Positions 47,799 through 59,334 of a stretch of DNA of 64,000 nucleotides are shown here, piece after piece; the stretch's first letter is position 1, and every line of letters begins with the position of its first letter. Made by a program: the position numbers and the translations under genes. This DNA is from Cyanophora paradoxa CCMP329 (Eukaryota; Plantae; Glaucophyta): NCBI GenBank assembly GCA_004431415.1, contig QPMI01000183.1, positions 62,001 through 126,000 of the forward strand, in the 5' to 3' direction. The notes below the pieces were generated by a model. The model saw only the letters and a program-made list of their open reading frames with translations, was not told where the DNA came from and ran no database searches.

Positions 47799-48428
47799 CT
47801 AATATTCTATCCTCTGTGCCGAATAGCGCGTAATCCTCGTAGTAAATAATGTCCTTCGCACAAAATGTCAGGGGATAATCCGCGCCTTCAGCAAGGCGAA
47901 GTTCACACCTGGCGGTCTGCAAGACTCGTTGCAAACGAAATGAACTCATCGGCCTCCTCCGGCCGGAAGCGCTCGCCTAGTGGCGAGGTCAAAAAAGCCA
48001 GCACGAAATGTAAAACGCGCCCACCCTTGTTGAGCAAAAGACTCTTGATTTCTTGGACAGTCACAAATCCTTTCCGCTCCGGGTCGAATACCTGGAACGC
48101 TCGAACGATACGCTCCCGCGAGTCTCGCACGAACTTCGCCGCATCGTCTGTCAAAACCCGCATCATCATGCGCTTGAACTTCTCCCACTTGATGAACCCA
48201 GTCGGTTCCTCCTCTTCGACCTAGGGCTCGAATTGGTGGAACATTCAATGCCTGCCAAAAGGCGAGAGCGAGGCGCACCTCATCGATCAGGCTTCGCAGC
48301 TCTGCCTCGGACGGATTGACGCCAAGGGAGCGCACGACGGTGCCCACCTCGCGGACGTCGATGACCCCCTTCTGGTCGCGGTCGAAGAGGTCGAAGGCAA
48401 CTCGAACCTTCTTCTCAAGTGCCTGCAT
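47799..48428 (-). CDS. EFCAB2: Calmodulin-like dynein regulatory complex subunit 8 (DRC8)
   Basis: [69 protein letters not shown]. Confidence 0.85.
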
Positions 48429-48809
48429 TGACGAGGGGGCTTAGCTACGCGCTTTTTAGCTTTCGCTGTGTATATATATTTTTACTATACAGCCAAAGTA
48501 CCTCGGTTGCGGCTGCCGCGGCCATCAGCCACGCGCTTCCAGGCCTTAGCTAAGTCAAGCTGCGGCGCCGGGATCCAGCCAGTGCCAAGCTACGCCAGTG
48601 CCAAGTGCCAGTGCCTAGCTCAGGCCGTGTTCTAGCACCAGGCGCTAGCCAGAGCAAGCTGCGGTTGTGGCGACCTTGGACGGTCCTATGTGATCAACAG
48701 TCTGCTGCTCTAAGCGGCTCTGCTGTTGTTCTGGGATGACTTTACGGCTTCGCCGAAAGACGAGCAGGGTATGCAAGGTTCAGTTCGGGTACCGCAAATA
48801 TCGACGAAC

Positions 48810-49956
48810 ATGGTGCGCCCTGCTGCTGTCGCCGCCTGCTGCGCGTCGCTTGCACGTCTCTACGTGCAGGAATGCCAGCGGATGCCCTTAGAAGCGGTTA
48901 CCTGCAGTGTCATTCACGCGAGAGTTTTCGCAGGCCGACAAGGAGGAGAAGGAGCCCAAGAAGCCCGAGGAGAAGGAGGAGGAGGGCGGTGATGATGTGC
49001 GCGACCGCCCTGCCCCTTCTTGGGTCCCCTTGGTTGGCCTAATCGGCCATGCTCATTGTCGGCCGTCATTTGATACAGGGCGATGATCAGCCGGTGGTGC
49101 GGAACCGCCTGCTCTTCCCGCTGCCGCGAGCGCCGCGGCTGACGTGCTGCTTCTGATGAGCAGAAGGAGGAAGAGTGCGCGGCGCACTTCGAGGTTCGCG
49201 CTTATTGCGCCTTGGATGGTATAGTTGGTCGATCGCCGACTCCCGCGCTTGCAGCCTGTTGTGAAGCTCGGCGAGGTCGATGGTTCGCGTGTCAGACGTA
49301 GGCGCGCTCGCCCCAATTGACCCGTCGGTTAGTTAAGACGCACGAGGAGGATGAAGAGGCTGTGTACAAGATGTGCGCAAGGCGCTGCAGCGCGGCTCTT
49401 GTTGGACGCGCAATGACCAGTGTTCGCGCAGTCGCGCCAAGCTGTTCCGGTTCGACAAGCCGACGAACCAGTGGAAGGAGCGCGGTACAGGCGACGCAAA
49501 GCTGCTGAAGCACAAGGAGACCGGGTTCATTCGGCTGCTCATGAGGAGAGAAAAGACCCTCAAGATCTGCGCCAACCACCGGAGTGCGTGTTTCTGTTTC
49601 GAAGTCTCCTTGTTTGGGAGTGCTCAACTTTCGAATAGTTGAGCCCTGGTACAAGCTGAAGGAGAACGTCGGGAGCGACCGCTCGTGGGTGTGGACGGCG
49701 ATGGATTACGCGGATGAGGACCTGAAGGAGGAGGTCCTCGCCATTCGCTTCGCGAACTCCGAGAGTCCGTTATAATTGTGTTAAATGCTGGCCTTTTCTG
49801 CGGTTGACGCTGTCGAGCAGACGCTAAGAAGTTCAAGGAAGAGTTCGAGAAGGCTCAGGTTTGCTAGTGATTCCTTGCTCTGCCCAGCCACTGGCTTGAC
49901 GAGAACGTTCTTCGCAGGTTGAGAATGAGAAGCTCGGGGCGAAAAAGCCGGAATAG
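48810..49956 (+). CDS. RANBP1: Ran-binding protein 1; ATG-only first coding exon
   Basis: [72 protein letters not shown]. Confidence 0.96.
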
Positions 49957-50245
49957 TTATCATCCCAGCGGCAGTTCTCGTACTGTGAATCGTGTCCAAT
50001 GCACTAGCCACCGTACTGATGAAGGAACAAGAAGGGGGCCCCAGCCGCGGGGGCCGCAGGGCCGGATGGATTTGCGCTGGCCAGCAGCGTCACAAGATGT
50101 GCTGTTAGTTCATCGCAAGTACGCGAACATGTGCACCACTTGTCAGAGAGTAGAATCGTTAGACTGCTTTGGCATTCGCAAGAACATGATCCACTAGTGC
50201 TCACGTCGAAATACAAAATGCTCTGGGTAAGCACTCCTCCCTACA

Positions 50246-52597
50246 CTACTCCTGACGGCCCATATTCTTCCCGGCCTTGATGACCTCGTCGACTAGCAGA
50301 AGCTGGACAGCAATGACAGGGCTGTGAAACGACATTGGTCACGGGTGGAAAGAAAGAGCGGACACAAGCACACCTGGAGTTGAGCAGTTGCCGCTTCACG
50401 CGGTACTGGTCCCAGACGCCAGCGGTCTCCGGATCAGTAGGGTTGCCAGTGCTAAGATCTAACCCAACCACGTGATTCTTGTTGAACTCATCCTGCAGCT
50501 TGATGATCGTTTCCATGGTATCGTAGCCACTGTTCTCGGCCAAAATCTTGGGCACGATGAGCAAGGCATCTGCAAGGCACTGCGCCCCAAGCTTGGCCTT
50601 TCCAGAGATCGTGGGAAGCTTGTCCATAATCGCCTTGTGGGCCATGACTTCAAACGCTCCTGCAGAAAGAGATGAGTCGGAACTGGCAAAGCTTTGCATT
50701 GCCTTGTTGTGCACACCGGCGCCAGGGACGACAGAACCATCCTCGATTGTATTCTTCACAGCCCGAAGACCATCCCGAATAGCATCCTTGATCTGAGCAA
50801 TCGAGTGCCTGCTCGGCGCCTTGACCAAAATGGTGCACGAGAAGGGGTTCTTGACACCCTCCACGAACGTGTACTTGTCCTGTAGCGGAGGTTAAACACG
50901 CGAATCGAGGGGCAGTGAGGAGAGAGTGGGCCGACCTCGCCAAGAACGTGCTCGTAAACATTGTCTGCGTGACCAAGAACGTCCGGGGTCATGTCCTCCA
51001 CAGAGTTCACGGCGATGCCGCCGCATGCCAGGGTGAGCCGCTCCATATTTCTCCGCTTGGCCCGACGAAGGGCAATGATGCCCTCCTGCAGTCAAAGAAT
51101 AAGTAACGGGGTGCTGGAAGAGAGCACTTGTGCGAACCTTCGCGAACATGTCCAAAGAGGGCGGGTCGATGCCCTTTTGGTTGATAACCACGAAATTCTT
51201 GTCCGGAGTGTCGCAGACCTGGTATTGGATAAGCTACAAGTAACATGAAAAGGGAACAAAGAAGAGGTCGATGAGCAAACCGTCCGCTTGAGTTCGATGA
51301 CCTTGCGCACGCGCTCATCTGTCAATTTCCGCTCTGCATCCACCATCTTCTCGCGCATCTCTGCTGTGTTGTAAAAGAAGCCCGAGTTCACCTCCCTGTG
51401 TGCGAGGTAAGCTCCAAGCAGGTCTTTCAAGCGCGTCTCGAAAACTCACGTCTTTTCGTACTCGAACGACACGTTGCAAGTTAGGATGAAGCAGTTCTCT
51501 GCCTTCGTCTTCATGTCCGGGTGACGCGCACCATGATCCATGACAATGCCCTTGACCAGCTTGGTCTCGGTTTCTGTTCTCGCGTAAGAGAAAACGAGCG
51601 AAAAAACCGGTAAAGGCAAAAGTGAAACAAGTACTGACGGCCACTAACCAGTGCGGTGCATCATGTGCATGATCTCGATCATGAAAAGGTCAATTGGTTG
51701 ACCCGGCCGGCGGATGGTGAGGACAGCATCGACGACGATGTCCGTGAGCAGGTCGGCAACCTCGTCGTGCAGCTGCGGTGCGGATCAGGACGTAGAGCCT
51801 TGAGGCTGTTGGCAGATTGACCTTGGTGCGCAGAGCGGTCTTCGCAACGTTGTGGAGAAGCTCCCGGTCGTTTGTATCTTTGGCCCGCTTGCACTTGTCA
51901 AGCGCCTCGAGGGCGATCTTGCGAGCTTGCTCGATGCCTGAGTCGCTTCAGCAAGAGCAGGCAGACCCGCAACTCGGATGCAAGCGTACCGTCCGCAAGC
52001 ACGCGCGGATGCACGCCTTCAGCTAGGAAGCGCTCGCACTGCTTCAGGAGCTCGCCGACAATCAGGACGTTGCTGGTTGTGCCATCACCGGCTATGTCGT
52101 CCTGGGCCGTCGCCGCGCGAGCAATAAGCTGAGCCGTCGCGTTCTGGATTTGCTGCGCGATGGAAGCTCGGCATCAGCGCGCCGCGCGTTTCAGCTGGCA
52201 CGCGAATGGCCCGAAGCTTCTGCTCAGCCTCACCATCTCGTGGAGGAGAACAGCGCCGTCCTTCGTGAGCTTGATGTCTCCAGCGCCCGACACGAGCCTA
52301 CGCGTGCCGCATGTGAGGCTCCGTGCGGGACATCTAGCGACGCGACGCGTTCTACATTTTGATGGTGCCCTTGGGGCCGAGATTGCTTTTGAGGACATCC
52401 TGCAGTCCCTTGGCGGCGCTGATGTTCATCAGCAGCGCCTGCAGGGAAAAGCTCAGCGTCGGCGGGAGCGCGGCAGGGCAGGCGTCGATGGCTCGCCTGC
52501 GACTGCCGCGCAACCTCCGCGTTAGGGTTGACGACCCGGACCTGCGCATGCCTGTCAGCGCTCGTCGCTTCGACGCGGCAGCTGGGCGGACCGCCAT
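50246..52597 (-). CDS. CCT6: T-complex protein 1 subunit zeta
   Basis: [77 protein letters not shown]. Confidence 0.97.
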
Positions 52598-52843
52598 CCT
52601 GACGGCCTTCCCGCTTTTACAAGAAAACAACGTGTACCCGTGGGCGCATCGTGGCGCGATCGGCCGCGCAAACCCCCCGGCGCCTCGATCACTGCCCCAT
52701 ACGCGCTCGAGCTAAGCATTTGGAGACGCGGCGCGTGCATTCTGCAATCTCCCTGACGGCCGAGTGCGTTTTGCGTGACAGGCGCATCGCGCGCAGCTAA
52801 CGAGCACTCCTGAACGCCGCAGTTAAACCGGTTAGGCACTCGT

Positions 52844-55720
52844 ATGGGCCGTGGCCGAGGCGGAGGGCGCGGAGGCCACGGCAGGCGCGGACGCGGGCGT
52901 AGCGCTAGCCGTGGAGGTCGCGGTGGCGGGCGAGGAGGCAAGCGAGGAGGCGCGTCCAAGAGGAGGCGTGAAAGCGAAGAGGGCATACGCAGCCAGCGCG
53001 CGCGTCCCGAGCAGCGCGAGAAGCCGGTCGCTGCAGAAGAGAGTGCCTCGGAGCGCGAGGATATCGTAGATGCGGACGAGGAGGAGGAGGAGGCCGCGCC
53101 CTACAGGAACCTCGTTCGGCTTCTGGGAGTAGGCGAGCGGAGGCAAGTGGCCGATGAAGAAGATGAGGACGATAACGGAGGAAGTGCAGCCGAGTCTGAG
53201 AGCAGTGACGAAACTGATGCCAGCGGCGAAGAAGTCGCCGTGGACGGTGATGAATTCATAATATACCTGCAAACAATGATCTATTGGACTGCACCCCCTG
53301 ACTTCGAATACAGAGGAGGGAGCTGCAGAGAGCGACGGTGGGGAGTCCATTGATGGAGATGAAGAAGAGGAAGAAGACGACAACGACGCTGACGCACAGG
53401 ATGATTCAGACTCGGAAACGGAACAGGACGGACTGCCAGATTTCTACAAAGCTCATTGCTCACGCGTTTTGACGGAAGCAGAAGCAAAGGCCCTTAGGAC
53501 AGAGGTACCGCACAATGTTACAGTTTCAGATTATAGCCAAGTCTCTTTGCCATGCGTGCAGAAGCGTCCTATGGAAATACTACCCCCACTGCCTGGCGTC
53601 AACATGCAACTCACGTCAGATGCAGAGGCGCCTTCCATATCGGAAACCCTGGAGGGCTTTGGAGTGAGTATTTACCCAGATTTACATGCTCTGCCCGTAT
53701 TTTATCCCGCCTCAGATCAAAACGCGTGTTGCGGAACGTTGGAAGGCTGTTCACCACCCCGGTTCGAGAACATTCCTCTGCTTTGCCGCAAAGTAGCTGA
53801 CGTATATGCCAATAGCAAATGCTCCGCACGGGCTCCAAGCTGCGTTGCTCGCCAATCTTAGCAGCTACAAAGATGTATTCTTCGCTGGCCGGGACAGCAG
53901 TCATGCGCGTCACACAGTGGACACACTCGCCCTGCATGTGGTCAACCATGTAATGAAGTAAGCTGTACCTCTTCATCTTATTGCGATAACCTTGCTGAAT
54001 TCTTCTTGATTCGTTAGGGCAAAAGACATTATCCTGAGACACAATCGCAAGATCAAGCTCGCACAGGCGAAGAAACAGGAAGCACCGTACTCGCTTTTCC
54101 TTTAACATCCCATATGCAAGTAATGTAAATATACTATGCGGCAGAGACTTTCGAGATCAAGGCTTTACACGTCCTCGAGTGCTCGTGTTGCTACCATTCA
54201 AGAACTCTGCCTATGCGTTTGTCCATGCCATTCTTCGGTTGCTGCCAGAAGGAGAGAAGCAGGCGGTTGGCCACCGTGCAAGGTTTGAAGACGAGTTTGG
54301 CCCCGATGATGCAACCGTTGATGACAAAAAACCAGGTACGATCTTTTTTTGGACATAATAGCATCCCTGATTCTGTTGTGCAGCGGACTGGAAGCAGCTC
54401 TTTGACGGGAACGTAGACGACTGCTTCAAGATTGGCATTTCGTTCTCACGCAAATCGGTCAAGTTATTTGCAGACTTCTACAACTGCGACGTGATCATTG
54501 CATCACCCTTGGGTCTGAGGCTTGTGACCCTGTCGCCAGGGTTAGTCTTCATTTAGTGCATTTCTGCTTTGTCCTTCTAATGAAGTGTTCGTGCAGAGAA
54601 AAAGGGCGTGATTTCGACTTTCTATCGTCGATTGAGATCCTCCTGTTGGACCAGGCGGATGTGTTCTTGATGCAGAACTGGGAGCATGTTCAAGTAGTCC
54701 TGGACTGCGTGAACAACTTGCCAACACAACCACGAACCACAGACTTTTCCCGGGTGTTCTCTTGGTGGCTTGACGCAATGTAGGTCAACAATCTTTCACG
54801 ATGAGAAGCACGGACTGATTACTTTGCAGGGGCTCGTTGTACCGCCAGACTCTCATCTTCTCATGCCACGTAACACCCGAGCTAAATAGCCTGTTTAACA
54901 GATTCGCCCAGAGTGAGCAAGTTCCCCCTTCCATTTGATCAGACACCGCTGATGGGGCCATTCCGGCAGGTCACAGTGGTCGTGTTCGGTTCAAGCCAGC
55001 TTTCAAGGCTGGATCAATTGCTGGCGTTGTTCCCGCCGTACGACAGGTGTTCCACCGGCTCGAAAGTACAACAGTGGCCACTGCTCCTGATGCACACTTC
55101 GATCACTTCACCAAGCTAGTGAGCCACTCGCGCCCCCCCTCATCCCTTGGCCAGATTCATGTTCTTGTGCAGGTTTTGCCGAAGCTTATGAGAGCAGGGA
55201 CCTCTGGCATTTGCGTTTTTGTGAGCTCTTATTTCGATTTTGTGCGGCTTCGGAATCACATGAAGGAGCATTTTGAGGACGAGTTCGTCACATGCTCGGA
55301 GTGCGCCCCTTTTTGCTGTCTTGAGAAGCAACGGTAGATCTGACAATGCGCACAGGTACACAAGCAACAAGGCGATTTCTCGTGCAAGAACAGAGTTCTA
55401 CCATGGAAAAAAGCGGCTTCTTGTCGTGACAGAGCGATTCCACTTTTTCAAGCGGTGCGCTGAACTGCATGCTTGCCTGTCTGTGCAGAGTCAATTGCCC
55501 GCACAGCTATCGCATCCGCGGGATCAAGCAGCTGTTTTTCTACACATTGCCAGTGTACGCCAAGTTCTACACAGAATTTGTGAACATGCTGGATGGTGCA
55601 GATTACGACGTGACTGCATTTTACTCGAAAGTCGATGTGCTAGCTCTCGAGCGGATCGTGGGAACACAGAGAGTCCGAGACATGCTTGCCTCCGAGCGTA
55701 ATATACATGTATTCTCTTGA
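52844..55720 (+). CDS. UTP25: U3 snoRNA-associated protein 25 (DEF/DIEXF)
   Basis: [69 protein letters not shown]; RGG-rich N-terminus. Confidence 0.95.
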
Positions 55721-56969
55721 GCTGTTTCAATTTTGTCGGACGGGGGTGCACTTGGATTGTCCAATATACATGAGGCCTATAAATGAATTCGCACACACTG
55801 AGACAAATGGCTATCATAGTAGGGAGATCGCCCTGCGCAAATGAGCGCGGGCAGGCCGCGGTCGGCGCTCGGCGCAGGGGGCGGCGCGGGCGTGTGCAGA
55901 CCTCAGCGCCGGCTTTTCGGCTCGTGATGGAGCGCGCACGGGATCGCGTTGACATGCGGCGGCGGCGCGAGGGCGACGAACCGCCAGATGCGCCGCGCCG
56001 GATCGCCCGCGGTGAGCGAACCGAGCACGATGCAAAGTGAGCCACGGACCTATAACAGTAGCTGTACATGTGCCGCGATGTGCGGCGTGTAGTCGCCGTG
56101 TACTGCGGCGGCGAGCGGGGCCAGATGGAGGCGCCAGATATAGCGGCGGCGCCTGGGGAGTGCGACGCTCTCGAGCGTTTCGCACACCGGGCGATGTGTG
56201 GCTGGAGCTGGTGCCTCGTAACGCTGTCCCCCCCGGTTTTGGGCAGCCCCAAAACCGGCGCTGGCGCGGCGGCGGCAGCGCGGAGGACCCGAAGCGGTAC
56301 ACAGCGCAATCGTTGCGCTGTACCGCGCATGCATAACGCGACCAGAGCGCTAGCAGCGCGGACTGCATGACGGAATCGCTGTCCCCCCCCTCCGCAAGCG
56401 GGCGCGCGGGACCTTGGCGCGCGGGCGCGCAGCGCGGATCCGCTAGCAAAAAGGACCTATGCGCGACGATTCCCTAGCACTCGTGTAGCTGTCTTGCCGA
56501 TCCCGCGCCGCGAATCCCGCGCCCGCAGTGGTCGAAAATCGATGGTAACGGCGCTAGACGCCACCACTTGCGAACTGCTCTATGTAAGGGCCTCTTTAAT
56601 TATGCCAGCTGGCGCGTAGCGCGCTCCCCCCCTCGCCCCGCCATGCCACAACACACACTCCCCAACCGAGTTATGCAATTAACTTTCTGGGTAGTATGCG
56701 CACCTAGGTCCCTAGCAGCCCTGAGGGGAAGCAGAAGCCAAAAGATAATCTTGTGTACGTAAGTGGACGGCTAGACGAACTACAGCTGTAGCTATATATA
56801 TATAGCTATACCTAGCAAGCTTGAAGATTGAATTGATATTTGCGCTTTGCATATCATTAGTATATAATGTGCCACGGTGGCAGCGGCGATATTAGTTTCA
56901 AAGTCAGGGCGCCATCAAGCCTGCATAAATGCGATTGCCTTATGATTATATTGGCGTTCCAGTAGACGA

Positions 56970-57352
56970 TTATCGCAGATCAAAGCTAAGCCTTCCTAAT
57001 TACTAAGTTACGATGGTAATCGCAGATCAAGGACGCCCTAATTATAATCGTAATCGCAAAGCTACTAGGCTAAGAGCTCGTCCAACTTTAGAGCTAGACG
57101 ACTTTCGTCCAACTTTCAAGTTTCGTCCAACCCCTGATTGTAATCGCAGATTAAAGCTAGGACGTCCTAATTACGATCGTAATCGCAGATCTAGATCAAG
57201 GACGAACCGGAAACACGTGCATCAAGTAGCAAAATTTGCAGCAGCGGATCCGCGCAGACCTGGAGAACGATACCAGCATGTGCCAAATGGCTGTTTTCAG
57301 TCTGACTAATGCTAATGGCTATTTTCACAGTCTGACTAATGAAGCTATCAGC
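56970..57352. repeat. AT-rich degenerate short repeats in a gene-free spacer
   Basis: TAATCGCAGAT-like x5, CCTAATTA x3, CGTCCAAC x3, CAGTCTGACTAATG x2. Confidence 0.75.
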
Positions 57353-57358
57353 AAACAT

Positions 57359-59205
57359 CTAGAAGTTGGAGTCTGAGTCATTGCCGTCATCATCTATCAT
57401 TTCCTCCTCCTCGGAGTTGACGCTGACCTGCTCCTCAGATTCCAGCTCACTGCCCATGCCCTCACTATCATCTGAGTCGTTCCCACCCTGCAAGGAGCCC
57501 ACGACTCCAGGCTTGCCTGCCGACAAGTGTAAGGTGCTTGAGAAAGAAAGTCGAGCAGGTTGATTGACCTCCTTTGCCATGGTGCTTGCCATTGCCTGCA
57601 TGCCGCGCTTGCTGCTGAGGTGCCCTGTTTGAGCCAGCATTGCTGCTTTGCTGACTCCGGCTTCCTCCAGAATCCTGCATGCCAGCACCTGGACGTGCCT
57701 TGCCCCCCTCCCCGGGATCGCCAAGGCTACCACCTGATCGGCCTCCGAGCGTATCTCCCACTGAACCAATTTCAGTAAGGACGTCACGAGCGCATGGACA
57801 AACTAGGATGCACGCACATCCGTCCTCAATCATGTTCTCGTCCACTTCTTGCTCGCCTCTAAGAATTCGCAGCTCCTCCTCCTTCAGCCGCTTCTGCAAG
57901 CGCTTCATCCTCTTGTCTGATTCCTGTGTCACGCCTGTGTCAGAAACCCAGTATAAATCAGCAGAAAAAAAAATGAACCTCCAGCTTCTCCTGCTCCGAG
58001 CGCTCGTATGTTTCAAGTTCGTGCTCCAAGTAATCGACGTTTCGGAACTTCTCCAAGTATACAGCGTAAACCTTTTGCAGATCTTGCTCAAGCTTCTCAT
58101 ACTCGTCCATGAACTGGGGTCTGCATCCAACATCCGTCATGCAGACCTGGCATAAGAAAGCAAAAACCCGCTTACCGGACACTAGCGAGACTATTCAGGC
58201 GCTTCTGGTTGCGCTCGACCTCCGATTGCTTCTTGTCAATCTTCTTCCTCAGACTTTCCATGTCAGCTTCGAGGTCCCGCTTCTTCGCCTCCAGATCCTG
58301 AATGCTCTCGTTGACGGAAGCGATCGTGTCCTTGACGCCCTTTTCAATCTCTTCAAGCTCCATAGGGCGCCCAATGGCCCTCTGCCGTGCTTCCTGTGTG
58401 AATGGATGAGTAAACGCTCCTGAAGGATCCCTCTTCCATACAAACCCGAAGGTCTTGCTCGTTCTGCAGGAGGCGGTAGAGCTCCGCACCAGCTGCTGTA
58501 ATGTCGGAAGCAAGCACCCGCACGGCCTTGACCTCGTTAATCTTCGCGCTTATGGCACTGAAGTTGAAGGCTGTGGAGGTGTCGTCCTAGAGGACGGTCA
58601 GCTTGTGCAGTAGAGCTCGAGTCAGATAACGCACGTCATCGTCAGGATTAATGCGCATGGCCGCTTGTAGCATGTTCGCGACCTTCAAGAGCTCCTTCAC
58701 GGCGTAGCCGTCCGCGCCGTACAGCTTCTTGGGATTAAGCTTTAGCCGCGCCTTGGAGGCCTGCTCGAGGGTGAGCCATCTGTTTGATGCGCAAACGCAC
58801 AAGCACCCAACGCCCACCAGAGCCTGAGTGATGTTCTTCACGAAAGCCACGCGTTCCTGTTCTGTTGTGATTTCGTCGGAGATGGACTTGGCGAGGTCCG
58901 GATCATAGCTGCGCCATGGGATCAGCAGATAGCTAGCGGGAAATCCACCGCGAGGGGCCACACCGCTCCAGCAGCCTGGACAAGGGCAGGTCACATCAGC
59001 GACGCACACCGGCGCACAGGCGGCGCAGCGCACCAGTACAGGCAGTCCGCAACGAGCTCAAAGTTCGGCGTCCTGAAATTCTCCATGGACACGAGCCTGG
59101 GATAGCCCAGGCTTCGAAGCGCCTCACACAGGTCTGCGGGCGAGTGAGAAGCTGTAAAGGACGCGCAGGATGGCTACGCGTACTCCGTAGCTCCCGGAAC
59201 GACAT
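57359..59205 (-). CDS. CLUAP1: Intraflagellar transport protein 38 / clusterin-associated protein 1
   Basis: [64 protein letters not shown], acidic tail ending DSNF. Confidence 0.96.
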
Positions 59206-59334
59206 CCTGCCGCTCCCCGTACGCTGCTGCGGGCCGCCTTGTTAAATTGGCCAGCGGGGTACACGCTGAACGCCGCTTTGCGCGGGAGTTGGGCGCTGCG
59301 AGCTGCAGGCCGCCAAGCGCTGCCAGCGGGCAGC

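Noticed and set aside
53248-53313. Box C/D snoRNA-like GTGATGA...CTGA in a UTP25 intron
   Set aside because: The C box is the splice donor itself and CTGAC is the usual branch motif; no terminal stem or guide was recognised.
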